Assembly (NCBI GenBank): GCA_024275415.1
Contig: JAJRZD010000059.1
Location: forward strand, 1 to 32,000
Reading direction: 5' to 3'
Length of the DNA: 32,000 nucleotides
Source: an archaeon
GTDB taxonomy: Archaea > Asgardarchaeota > Thorarchaeia > Thorarchaeales > Thorarchaeaceae
Below the pieces are notes generated by a model that did not search any database, was not told the origin of the DNA, and was given only the letters and a program-made list of their open reading frames with translations. A program made the position numbers and the translations under genes. Shown in pieces: positions 24,211 through 32,000 of this stretch (positions within the stretch are counted from its first letter, which is position 1; each line of letters begins with the position of its first letter).

Positions 24211-25650
24211 ATGGACAGTTCTGAACCACGATACTCACTACAGGAAATGCTTGACATCAGATCAGTGGCAATTGTGGGAGTTTCCCAAAAGATGGGGTAT
24301 TACTGGGCACATTCCATGCTGCAGTGGGATCATGGCCTGAATGTCTGGCTTGTTTCCAGAAGTGGCGGAGAGGTTCTGGGTAAAACGATATTGAAAGACA
24401 TTAGCGAGATTCCTGAGACAATCGACTATGCTATAATCGCAGTGCCAAAGAGATACGTGGCTGAGGTACTGAAACAGGTTTCAGAGAAGGGCGCCAAGGG
24501 TGTGACAATATTCACAAGTGGGTTCTCTGAATTGGGCATACCCGAAGGAGTCCAGTCTGAACAACACCTTAAGGAATTGGTCATGGGATCGAAGACCCGT
24601 GTCCTCGGCCCCAATTGCATGGGGTTGTGTTATCCAAGATTGGGATTTGCATTCATGCCCACTGCCAAGAGAGGGATTGGCAACATCGGGTTTATGTCTC
24701 AATCAGGGGCGGTCGCAATCACCACATACACGACAGGTGTTGAATCAGGGTTGGGCTTCAGTAAAATCTTCAGCTTTGGAAACTCGATTGATGTCACTCC
24801 TACTGAGATAATGCAGTTCTATGTGAATGATGACGAAACTGAGGTCATTGGTGGATATATCGAAGGCACAAAAGAGGGCAAGGAGTTCTTCGACGCGATG
24901 AAGGATTTGGCATCAAGAAAGCCCATGGTCATCCTGAAGGGAGGGAGATCCAATGAAGGGTCCAGAGCGGCGTCCTCGCATACAGGCGCGTTAGCAGGTA
25001 GCCGCGAAATATGGGAAGCCGCCTTTCGGCAGGCGAATGTCCCCATAGTGCGAACTCTTGAAGAAATGGTGGCTACCTTGAGCGTCTTCTCGCTATGCCC
25101 ACCACCCCGCTCGCCAAATGTGGGTATTATTGCCATCAGTGGTGGTACGAGTGTCATATACACCGATCTGTGTATAGAGCATGGCCTTGCTGTGCCTCAG
25201 ACTTCAGATGAAACCATCAGCAAACTAGATGATCTGATCCGTGATGTTGGCACAGGACTCAAGAATCCAATTGACCTTGCTGCTGATTATTATGACGACG
25301 CTACGATGAGGAAGGTAATCGCACTCGTTGGTGCTGAGAAGAATTTTGACTCCATCATCTTAGAGGCAGATGTGCATAATCTGTATCAGGTCGCAACAAT
25401 CATGAACGCACAGGATGTCTTGGGCAGCTATTGGGATGCAATGGCAGATACCGCCAAGAAGGTGATGACCGAGTATAACAAGCCGGTCGTGGTCGCCATT
25501 CCAGAAGTCGCGTATCCTGAAGCACGAGTCACCGCTTGGAAGTCATTTGTTAAAAGGAACGTTCCTGTGACGCGAAACATCAATGAGGCGATAATCGCTC
25601 TTGCAAGAGTTTCAGAGTATTATATCAAAAGGGACAAACGCACAAAATAG
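24211..25650 (+). CDS. ADP-forming acyl-CoA synthetase alpha-subunit-like protein (CoA-binding)
   Basis: SVAIVGVS, DYAIIAVP, IFTSGFSE, LGPNCMG, SQSGA, FSFGN, YIEG, KGGRS..G..AASSHTGALAG (phospho-His), SGG, NPIDL. No ATP-grasp beta domain. ATG 24211 preferred over 24130. Confidence 0.88.
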   Translation: MDSSEPRYSLQEMLDIRSVAIVGVSQKMGYYWAHSMLQWDHGLNVWLVSRSGGEVLGKTILKDISEIPETIDYAIIAVPKRYVAEVLKQVSEKGAKGVTIFTSGFSELGIPEGVQSEQHLKELVMGSKTRVLGPNCMGLCYPRLGFAFMPTAKRGIGNIGFMSQSGAVAITTYTTGVESGLGFSKIFSFGNSIDVTPTEIMQFYVNDDETEVIGGYIEGTKEGKEFFDAMKDLASRKPMVILKGGRSNEGSRAASSHTGALAGSREIWEAAFRQANVPIVRTLEEMVATLSVFSLCPPPRSPNVGIIAISGGTSVIYTDLCIEHGLAVPQTSDETISKLDDLIRDVGTGLKNPIDLAADYYDDATMRKVIALVGAEKNFDSIILEADVHNLYQVATIMNAQDVLGSYWDAMADTAKKVMTEYNKPVVVAIPEVAYPEARVTAWKSFVKRNVPVTRNINEAIIALARVSEYYIKRDKRTK

Positions 25651-25677
25651 TATTCTCCTTGAACACCAAGAGAGATC

Positions 25678-26790
25678 TTAGTTGATGCTTGCAATACTGT
25701 ACACATAGTCTAGAAGTCCCTTAGAAAACCTTTCAGGAACAACAGGACCGTCGAGAGCGACCTCCATGACATCCAGTTCATACCCTAGCTGTTCAATATT
25801 CGTCCTTATGAGGGCAAGTCCTTTCATGTCGGTCGTCAACCCGAAGTTGAGAGCCCCAAGCAGCTCCGAGCCATAGTGAGTCATCCAGAGGGGGAACAGG
25901 TTTACCCGATTACCACCAACATGGACAGATATGTCCTGTAGTTCCAATTCACGTGCTGAAACAAGCAACGGCACCAATTTCGACGCACGTGTGTGTGTCA
26001 TCCGATGGGCATCGAAAAAAAGGGTGGAGCCCCCTTGTTGAAGCTGTTGTTCAACCAGTTCGATGGCCCTGTCGTAGATACTCTGTTGTAGCGGATAGAA
26101 ATCGTCTTCATCGTCAACACCCTGAATCAATTGTCGAGGGTCACCATCAAGACCAGCCAGCTCAGGCATATCGAATCCCTCAAGAATCCCTTTTTGTAGC
26201 CGGAACCATTTCCGCGGTCCCAGCTTGTCGATGAAGTGCAGAATCGAATCTCGTACCTTACGCCATCCATGGGCTTCAATGAGTTGTTCGTATTTTACCC
26301 ACGTTATCCGGGGTGAGGTGATGGTTCGAGAGCCCTCTGGAGTACACAAGCTTATCCGAGTAGTATCTTTGCCGCTGAGGACATAACGCAGTGTATGATC
26401 CAGATTAACGGTCATACCTTCATCAAGTCTGACACATACATGGTGGATGACAGGACTCAAGTTGATGCTCGGCATTCTGTTCATCGAGAGGTCAATCTCC
26501 TCCAAGTTGTCCAAGTTCCTGAGCGGCCACAGGTCAACGTGCAATAGATGGTTATGGTCTAGCCGTAGTCGTTTCAAGGAAGCTACTTCTTCGAGGGGGG
26601 AAAGATCAATCGACTTTAGCTGATTGCGCGATAGGTCAATTGTTTCAAGTACGCTGCACTCTCTGACCTTAGTGAGGTCTATCCGATGTGCCATCCGGTG
26701 GGAGAGGTTGAGGTGTCTGGTATCGAGAGGGATATCCTTCTCAATCTGACGCCCATGCGTCCCGTCATACACTATTGAGAAGGATCCCAT
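25678..26790 (-). CDS. Leucine-rich repeat protein
   Basis: About four 24-aa LRRs LxxIDLSxNxLxxIDLxPL (LETIDLSRNQLKSIDLSPL, LKRLRLDHNHLLHVDLWPL, LEEIDLSMNRMPSINLSPV), then an unassigned ~240-aa domain. Start ATG 26790 or GTG 26799. Confidence 0.85.
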   Translation of the reverse strand: MGSFSIVYDGTHGRQIEKDIPLDTRHLNLSHRMAHRIDLTKVRECSVLETIDLSRNQLKSIDLSPLEEVASLKRLRLDHNHLLHVDLWPLRNLDNLEEIDLSMNRMPSINLSPVIHHVCVRLDEGMTVNLDHTLRYVLSGKDTTRISLCTPEGSRTITSPRITWVKYEQLIEAHGWRKVRDSILHFIDKLGPRKWFRLQKGILEGFDMPELAGLDGDPRQLIQGVDDEDDFYPLQQSIYDRAIELVEQQLQQGGSTLFFDAHRMTHTRASKLVPLLVSARELELQDISVHVGGNRVNLFPLWMTHYGSELLGALNFGLTTDMKGLALIRTNIEQLGYELDVMEVALDGPVVPERFSKGLLDYVYSIASIN

Positions 26791-26809
26791 GCAATTCACC
26801 GGTCAGTGG

Positions 26810-28276
26810 TTACAGCAGTCCGACGTGTTCGTTGAACTCGAGAATCAGCTCGTCGATCTTGGGGATGCTCCTCTGGATGGAACCCCAGTACCCGTCATAG
26901 TCGTACCACTGCCTGTCAAGTTCCTCGACTTCGAAGCCTTGCTGCTCTATCCACGTGAAGTACTTCAAGTGGTGGATACGCTTTCTGTCATAGTAGGTGA
27001 GTTCGACCATCGCATCAGTCCTCTGACCGAGCAGCCTGCTGTGGTAGTCGCGAATCGCATCCTCTCGCGAGTATTTGCCGTGTGCTGCGGTCGCTTCCGC
27101 CAAACGTGACTGGTACATCTCCATCGAATCTGTTGCAACGGTAAGGACAACATCATTTGAGGAGAGCTCAAAGTATTTTGCGTACTTGACGCTCATCAAG
27201 ATGTTAGCGATGCTCGAGATGCCCAGAAGATGAAGCTGTGCCACTAGGCTCTCATCCACTCCAATGTCGTCTACCAGATACTTCTGACCTGCTGGTTCAT
27301 TGAACAGCCTGATGAGGTTCATCGGGTCGTTATCATCAATTGCAATGACCAGATCAGTGTTCTTCACGTTATGGATCCACGGGACATGCTTATCACCAAT
27401 CCCCTCTATCCGGTGACCACCATAACCGTTGAGCCACAGGGTGGGGCATTGGACTGCCTCTCCAGCAGCAATCTTGGACATCGGGAATTGCTGCTTCATG
27501 AAATCCCCGGATGCGATTGTCCCTGCGGAGCCCGTAGTCAGACACAGACCATGATAGTTGTCATTGCCTAGCTCCTTCTCAAGAACGTCCTTCATAGCGT
27601 TCCCAGTGACATCATAGTGGAAAAGATAGTTCCCGAACTCAGCGAACTGGTTGAATATGAACACATCGTCCCTTGTCCGCCTCAGCTCCCAGACCTTGTC
27701 ATAGATCTCCTTGACATTGCTCTCGCAGCCAGGAGTGGCAATGACCTCACTCGCTACAGTGCGGAGCCACTCGAATCGTTCCTTGGACATCTCCTCTGGA
27801 AGAATGGCTATGCTCTCACAGGCCAACAGCTTTGAATCATATGCGCCACCCCGACAGTAGTTGCCGGTGGATGGCCAGACAGCCTTGTGCCGAGTCGGGT
27901 CGAACTGACCAGTCACCAGTGGTGGGACAAGGCAGCCAAATGCGGCACCGACCTTGTGGGCGCCAGTGGGGAACCATTTCCCGATAAGCGTGATGACCCT
28001 TGCATCAACACCTGTAAGCTCTCGTGGCAGCTCGATGTAGTTAGGTGTCGTCCGGAAAAGCCCACCTCTCTCAACAGGCTCGTTCTTCCAGGTTATCCTG
28101 AATAGATTCTCTGGTGTGATATCCCACAGACCGATATCCCGAAGCTTCTCTTTGATAGCATCGGGACTGGACTCGGGATGCTTCATCTGTTCGAATGTCG
28201 GGATGACGATACTTCGTTCGCGGCACCTCTGGATTGTGCGCTGCAGCTGCTCTTTATTCTTGGTCAAATCGATCAT
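26810..28276 (-). CDS. Fold-type II PLP-dependent enzyme (CysK/TrpB/threonine-synthase superfamily), long form
   Basis: FPTGAHKVGAA (Schiff-base Lys), STGNYCRGGA, TTGSAGT phosphate loop, HRIEGIG. Start ATG 28276 with SD GAGGA; the ORF track starts at 28312. Confidence 0.85.
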   Translation of the reverse strand: MIDLTKNKEQLQRTIQRCRERSIVIPTFEQMKHPESSPDAIKEKLRDIGLWDITPENLFRITWKNEPVERGGLFRTTPNYIELPRELTGVDARVITLIGKWFPTGAHKVGAAFGCLVPPLVTGQFDPTRHKAVWPSTGNYCRGGAYDSKLLACESIAILPEEMSKERFEWLRTVASEVIATPGCESNVKEIYDKVWELRRTRDDVFIFNQFAEFGNYLFHYDVTGNAMKDVLEKELGNDNYHGLCLTTGSAGTIASGDFMKQQFPMSKIAAGEAVQCPTLWLNGYGGHRIEGIGDKHVPWIHNVKNTDLVIAIDDNDPMNLIRLFNEPAGQKYLVDDIGVDESLVAQLHLLGISSIANILMSVKYAKYFELSSNDVVLTVATDSMEMYQSRLAEATAAHGKYSREDAIRDYHSRLLGQRTDAMVELTYYDRKRIHHLKYFTWIEQQGFEVEELDRQWYDYDGYWGSIQRSIPKIDELILEFNEHVGLL

Positions 28277-28278
28277 TA

Positions 28279-28530
28279 CAGTTTCCTCGGCTGCTCTGAA
28301 TGCACTCATCATCGGGGTTGTTCTCTGAAAAAGGCTTTCGGAGTGACGAATTGCATGATACCAGAAAGGACTGCATATCTATGACAACCAAGACCAGTGT
28401 CGGTCAAATCCTAGAAGGCCCTCGTGTTGACTAGCATCGAGAAGCCGTCCTTCTCAGATCCTACGTTCTCTGTCATCCAGTCCCTCATCGCTCTATCGGA
28501 GGCGGTGGTGGTCGTCCTCCTCCACCTATC
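28279..28530 (-). ncRNA. Candidate structured 5' leader (riboswitch-like) of the PLP-LRR operon
   Basis: Nested helices AGGGACUG/CAGUCCUU (28485-28478 / 28373-28366) and AUGACA/UGUCAU (28476-28471 / 28386-28381); inner hairpins GAGAAG/CUUCUC and GACC/GGUC; second domain AUGCAAUUCGUCA/UGAUGAGUGCAU. G-U pairs mostly favour the minus strand. I recognised no known family. Confidence 0.35.
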
Positions 28531-28534
28531 GAAT

Positions 28535-28560
28535 GGTCGCCCCTAACGTGACCTTAATAA
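28535..28560 (-). promoter_or_regulatory. TATA-like box with abutting palindromic operator
   Basis: TTATTAA on - (28560-28554), immediately followed by GGTCAC-N7-GCGACC (28553-28535). Confidence 0.35.
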
Positions 28561-28690
28561 CAAGGGGATGCCGAGTAAAATCGTTCACACATGCAAGACT
28601 CAAACTCTATTCTTATGGAGCGATGTGCAGATTCGGATGTGATTGCCTGTGTGCTACATCTATCGTCACCATATGTAGGCAGTGATATGA

Positions 28691-31426
28691 ATGGGAAAAA
28701 AAGGTAAGAAATACGTCTACAAGTTTGGGGCCGGACAAGCTGACGGCCGAGCCGATATGAAAGATATCCTTGGTGGCAAGGGAGCTTCACTTGCAGGAGC
28801 TACACTGATGGGCCTGCCTGTCCCACCAGGGCTTACGATTTCCACAGAAGCATGCAATATCTACCTCAAAGAAGGCGGATTGCCTGAGTCAATCAAGAAG
28901 GAGATCATTGAAGCCCTCCATTGGGTCGAGAATGTGATGAGCAAAAAGTTTGGAGACCCTGAAAATCCGCTACTGGTATCCGCTCGTTCGGGAGCAAGAC
29001 AGAGTATGCCGGGCATGATGGAAACCGTATTGAATGTGGGACTCACATCCCAGACCATTCCTGGACTCATCAAAGTGACAAACAACGAGAGGTTTGTCTA
29101 TGACTCTTACCGGCGGCTCATAATGATGTATGCGGATGTAGTCATGGAAAAAGCCGAAGGCATCGAGCCTGAAGAGGGACAAGGCATCCGGCAGCAGTTG
29201 GAATGGATAATGTCGAAAAAGAAACGAGAGATTGGAGTGCAGAATGATACTGACCTCTCTGTCGATGACCTGAAGGATCTGTGTAATCTTTTCAAGGAAC
29301 GAATTGAGCATACCTTAGGAAAGCCTTTCCCTGATGATCCAATGGAACAGCTGTGGGGTGCAATTGGAGCGGTCTTCAAAAGCTGGGGCGGTGGCAGGGC
29401 AGTCGCATACCGCAGGATTGAGAACATCCCTGACAAGTGGGGAACCGCATGTACCGTTCAGAGCATGGTATTTGGTAACCTTGGCGACAACTCTGCCACT
29501 GGCGTCGCCTTTACCCGAGACCCAGCTACCGGTGCAAACAAGTTCTATGGCGAGATGCTTTTCAATGCCCAAGGCGAGGATGTCGTCGCAGGGATCCGGA
29601 CTCCCAATCCTATGAACGAAGACTCCAAGAATGACCAGAACAAACACCTTCCGACCCTTGAGGAAAAGATGCCCGAGATATACGATGAACTGAAAAAAAT
29701 CCGAGAAAAACTGGAGGATGAAACGAAAGACATGCTGGATATCGAGTTCACCATCGAGCAAGGAAAACTCTTCCTAGTCCAGCACAGGGTCGGGAAAAGG
29801 ACTGCAACAGCTGCGTTGAACATTGCCATGGACCTATTAGAAGAGGGGATGATTGACGAGAAGACTGCGATCCTTAGACTGGCGCCCGAGCAACTGGGAC
29901 AACTGCTATTCCCCATTCTTGATCCTGCCGAAGAAGCAAAGCATTCGCCTATCGCAAAAGGACTGCCTGCTGGTCCAGGTGGTGCGGTAGGCCAGATAGT
30001 ATTCACTCAAGAAGATGCTGTCAAATGGACGAGTGAGGGGAAGAAAGTAATCCTCATCAGAGAAGAAACGAGCCCCGAAGATATCGAAGGGATGCGGGCA
30101 GCCGTAGGACTGTTGACTGCACGAGGTGGGATGACCAGCCACGCAGCATTGGTGACACGTGGATGGGGCAAATGTTGTATCGTTGGAGCGTCGGAGCTGG
30201 AGATAGACCCCTTTGAGAAGAAGATGTCAGTTGATGGCAAGATTTACAGTGAAGGGGACGTGCTGACATTGAACGGCACACTTGGACTTGTCTATGAAGG
30301 CGAGCTTCCTATGATGGATTCTACAAAGAACCCGAGGCTCCAAGAGTTCATGTCCCTAGTTGACAAGTACAGACGACTTGGCGTTCGTGCGAATGCCGAA
30401 ACACCAGAGGATGCCAAAATAGCCCTCGACTTCGGTGCCGAAGGAATTGGTCTTTTCAGAACCGAACATATGTTCTATGGCGAAGGGTCAGACGAGCCCC
30501 TCTTCCTTCTGAGGAAGATGATAATGAGCAATACTAAGGCTGAACGGGAGTTGGCTCTGGAAGAACTAATGCCATATATGAAAGCAGATGTCAGGTCAGT
30601 TCTGGAAATCATGGACGGAAGACCGGTCACTATCAGGTTGCTTGACCCGCCACTTCACGAGTTCGTCCCGAAAAGCAAGATTGGCCAAGAACGTCTGGCA
30701 CTTGCATTGGACATCGATATCGATGAAGTACGAAAACGAGGAGATGCACTACATGAGAGTAACCCAATGATGGGACATCGAGGCGTGCGACTGGGAATCA
30801 CTGAGCCCGAAGTCTATGAGATGCAAGTGAGAGCAATACTCGAAGCAGCAGCAGAAATGCTCAAGGACGGCAAGAAAGTCAAACTTGAGATTATGATCCC
30901 TGTCACTGTGGGCTCTGCAGAACTGAGGGCTATGAAGATGGCTGTTGACAGGATATACGAAGAGGTCAAGGAAGAGCAAGGAATTGACATCGACTTCTTG
31001 TATGGCACGATGATCGAACTCCCGCGTGCCTGCATGCGAGCTGCTGACATGGCAGAGAGCGCAGAGTTCTTCAGCTTTGGAACAAACGACCTGAGCCAGA
31101 TGAGCTTTGGCTTCAGTCGGGACGACATCGACTCTTTCTTGCCAAAGTACCTTGAGATGCACCTACTTCGAAACGACCCCTTTGTCAGTATTGACAAAAG
31201 AGGTGTCGGTCAGCTTATCGAGATAGCTATCGAGCGAGGACGAAAGACACGTCCAGACATAAAGCTAGGTGTGTGTGGTGAGCACGGTGGTGATGCGAGG
31301 TCGGTGGAGTTCTTCCACAAGATTGGCCTGGACTATGTATCATGTTCGCCGTTCAGACTCCCCATTGCAAGGCTGGCTGCTGCCCAAGCTGCAATCAAAG
31401 AAGAACGTGGGCTTCCATACCTCTGA
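28691..31426 (+). CDS. ppdK: Pyruvate, phosphate dikinase
   Basis: 911 aa with LGGKGA.L, PLLVSARSGARQSMPGMMETVLN, QSMVFGN, ATGVAFTRDP, GGMTSHAA (phospho-His), EGIGLFRTEHMF, NPMMGHRGVR, SFGTNDL and GVCGEHGGD. Confidence 0.97.
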   Translation: MGKKGKKYVYKFGAGQADGRADMKDILGGKGASLAGATLMGLPVPPGLTISTEACNIYLKEGGLPESIKKEIIEALHWVENVMSKKFGDPENPLLVSARSGARQSMPGMMETVLNVGLTSQTIPGLIKVTNNERFVYDSYRRLIMMYADVVMEKAEGIEPEEGQGIRQQLEWIMSKKKREIGVQNDTDLSVDDLKDLCNLFKERIEHTLGKPFPDDPMEQLWGAIGAVFKSWGGGRAVAYRRIENIPDKWGTACTVQSMVFGNLGDNSATGVAFTRDPATGANKFYGEMLFNAQGEDVVAGIRTPNPMNEDSKNDQNKHLPTLEEKMPEIYDELKKIREKLEDETKDMLDIEFTIEQGKLFLVQHRVGKRTATAALNIAMDLLEEGMIDEKTAILRLAPEQLGQLLFPILDPAEEAKHSPIAKGLPAGPGGAVGQIVFTQEDAVKWTSEGKKVILIREETSPEDIEGMRAAVGLLTARGGMTSHAALVTRGWGKCCIVGASELEIDPFEKKMSVDGKIYSEGDVLTLNGTLGLVYEGELPMMDSTKNPRLQEFMSLVDKYRRLGVRANAETPEDAKIALDFGAEGIGLFRTEHMFYGEGSDEPLFLLRKMIMSNTKAERELALEELMPYMKADVRSVLEIMDGRPVTIRLLDPPLHEFVPKSKIGQERLALALDIDIDEVRKRGDALHESNPMMGHRGVRLGITEPEVYEMQVRAILEAAAEMLKDGKKVKLEIMIPVTVGSAELRAMKMAVDRIYEEVKEEQGIDIDFLYGTMIELPRACMRAADMAESAEFFSFGTNDLSQMSFGFSRDDIDSFLPKYLEMHLLRNDPFVSIDKRGVGQLIEIAIERGRKTRPDIKLGVCGEHGGDARSVEFFHKIGLDYVSCSPFRLPIARLAAAQAAIKEERGLPYL

Positions 31427-31440
31427 TGATTATCCCACAT

Positions 31441-31493
31441 GAGTCGATTGACGCAAGCATCTGCAAAACGTCAATCGGACTCCTATTTCTTTT
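31441..31493 (+). terminator. Hairpin plus U-tract terminator after ppdK
   Basis: GAGTCGATTGACG (31441-31453) pairs with CGTCAATC-G-GACTC (31469-31482): 13 bp, one bulge, 15-nt loop; then TTTCTTTT (31486-31493). Starts 15 nt after the stop. Confidence 0.65.
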
Positions 31494-31520
31494 ATGCAGG
31501 CAAGCACCATCAGTAGCGTA

Positions 31521-32000
31521 CTATATTCCCCTTCGAATCCAATTGACAAGTTCTGCATGCATCAAATTCTCTTCCATGAACACATCTCGGTATTCAGGAT
31601 TCCTGAGCCGGAGCCAGACACAGGTAATGCCTAAATCGAAACCGATGATTTTCACATACATTTCAAGCTCGCTTGGTCTAAAGATTAAGATTGCAAGGAT
31701 CATGCTTACGCCCAGCAGCACGATGACAAGCGGAAGTCCAATGGAAACAGGTCGCCCTAATGATAGGTCACCACTAGCAAAGATGACCTCAACCAACAAC
31801 AAGGAGATAAGAATACCAGTAGTGGCCGCACAAAGGCACTTGCCACGTTCGCGTTCGTCGTCTGGCTGGTAATGCTCATCGCAGACGTACACGAGCATGG
31901 ATCTAGTTCCAGGACCCGAAAGCCTAGCACCCTTGTAAGTCCTGACAGGGCCCTCACGGGGGGCTACCATAATACGTGAGCGTCTTTTAGCACTCCCACC
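31521..32000 (-). CDS. Hypothetical 2-TM membrane protein, possibly 5'-truncated by the window edge
   Basis: VYVCDEH, two hydrophobic segments, C-terminal LRNPEYRDVFMEEN. No stop in frame between 31970 and 32000, so the true start may lie outside the window. Confidence 0.6.
   Translation of the reverse strand, partial: GGSAKRRSRIMVAPREGPVRTYKGARLSGPGTRSMLVYVCDEHYQPDDERERGKCLCAATTGILISLLLVEVIFASGDLSLGRPVSIGLPLVIVLLGVSMILAILIFRPSELEMYVKIIGFDLGITCVWLRLRNPEYRDVFMEENLMHAELVNWIRRGI

Noticed and set aside
28306-28312. AUGAUGA C-box-like motif (C/D sRNA)
   Set aside because: No CUGA D box at a suitable distance downstream; it coincides with two in-frame ATGs.
28411-28488. 25-codon uORF MRDWMTENVGSEKDGFSMLVNTRAF in the leader (attenuator peptide?)
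   Set aside because: No run of regulatory codons and no adjacent SD; cannot be supported without Ribo-seq.
28366-28490. Assignment of the leader to SAM-I, TPP, ykkC, ZTP, glycine or lysine riboswitch classes
   Set aside because: Only isolated fragments match; essential cores (e.g. AUC..AGAG plus GCAACC for SAM-I, CCUGAU/UAAUGCC for TPP, GUUCCG for ykkC) are missing.
28498-28526. Two-tier G-quadruplex potential on both strands (GG runs)
   Set aside because: Two-tier G4s are weak and common, and the same bases are explained by a hairpin.
28642-28683. Alternative hairpins (TGCCT/AGGCA vs CTACAT/ATGTAG) just upstream of ppdK
   Set aside because: Short 5-6-bp stems at chance level; no independent support.
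31342-31872. 176-aa + strand ORF overlapping the ppdK end
   Set aside because: Crosses the ppdK terminator and lies antisense to the membrane-protein gene; no recognisable features.
1-32000. CRISPR arrays, tRNA/rRNA, SRP or RNase P RNA, transposases, integrases
   Set aside because: No regularly spaced repeats, cloverleaf, hallmark RNA motifs, or DDE/recombinase ORFs were seen; nearly all of the window is accounted for by CDSs.

Overview
Gene-dense prokaryotic window, probably from an Asgard archaeon (Thorarchaeia-like). This is inferred from archaeal TATA/GGTGA signals, a PP1-like phosphatase, a 24-aa-period LRR protein and an ADP-forming acyl-CoA synthetase; no marker gene is present. Left to right: 3' part of a PPP-family Ser/Thr phosphatase; a tight four-gene operon (DUF362, polyprenyl-phosphate phosphoribosyltransferase-like UbiA, PHP phosphoesterase, UPF0104 flippase-like protein); two translationally coupled, co-linear ~2,600-aa paralogous single-pass surface proteins (signal peptide, CBM-like N-terminal domain, ~17 beta-rich repeats, dense N-glycosylation sequons, TM helix, conserved ~188-aa cytoplasmic tail); a cupin; a PIN-domain/helical fusion protein plus a small membrane protein; a GT-C (GT87-like) glycosyltransferase; an acyl-CoA synthetase alpha subunit; an LRR protein and a fold-type II PLP enzyme behind a long, apparently structured 5' leader; ppdK; and a truncated membrane protein. 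Best leads: (1) the paired receptor/adhesin-like giant proteins with a conserved duplicated cytoplasmic module, (2) a possible lipid-linked pentose glycosylation pathway next to them, (3) a riboswitch-like leader at ~28279-28530. No tRNA, rRNA, CRISPR array or mobile element was recognised. All family assignments are from motifs read by eye; no searches were run.
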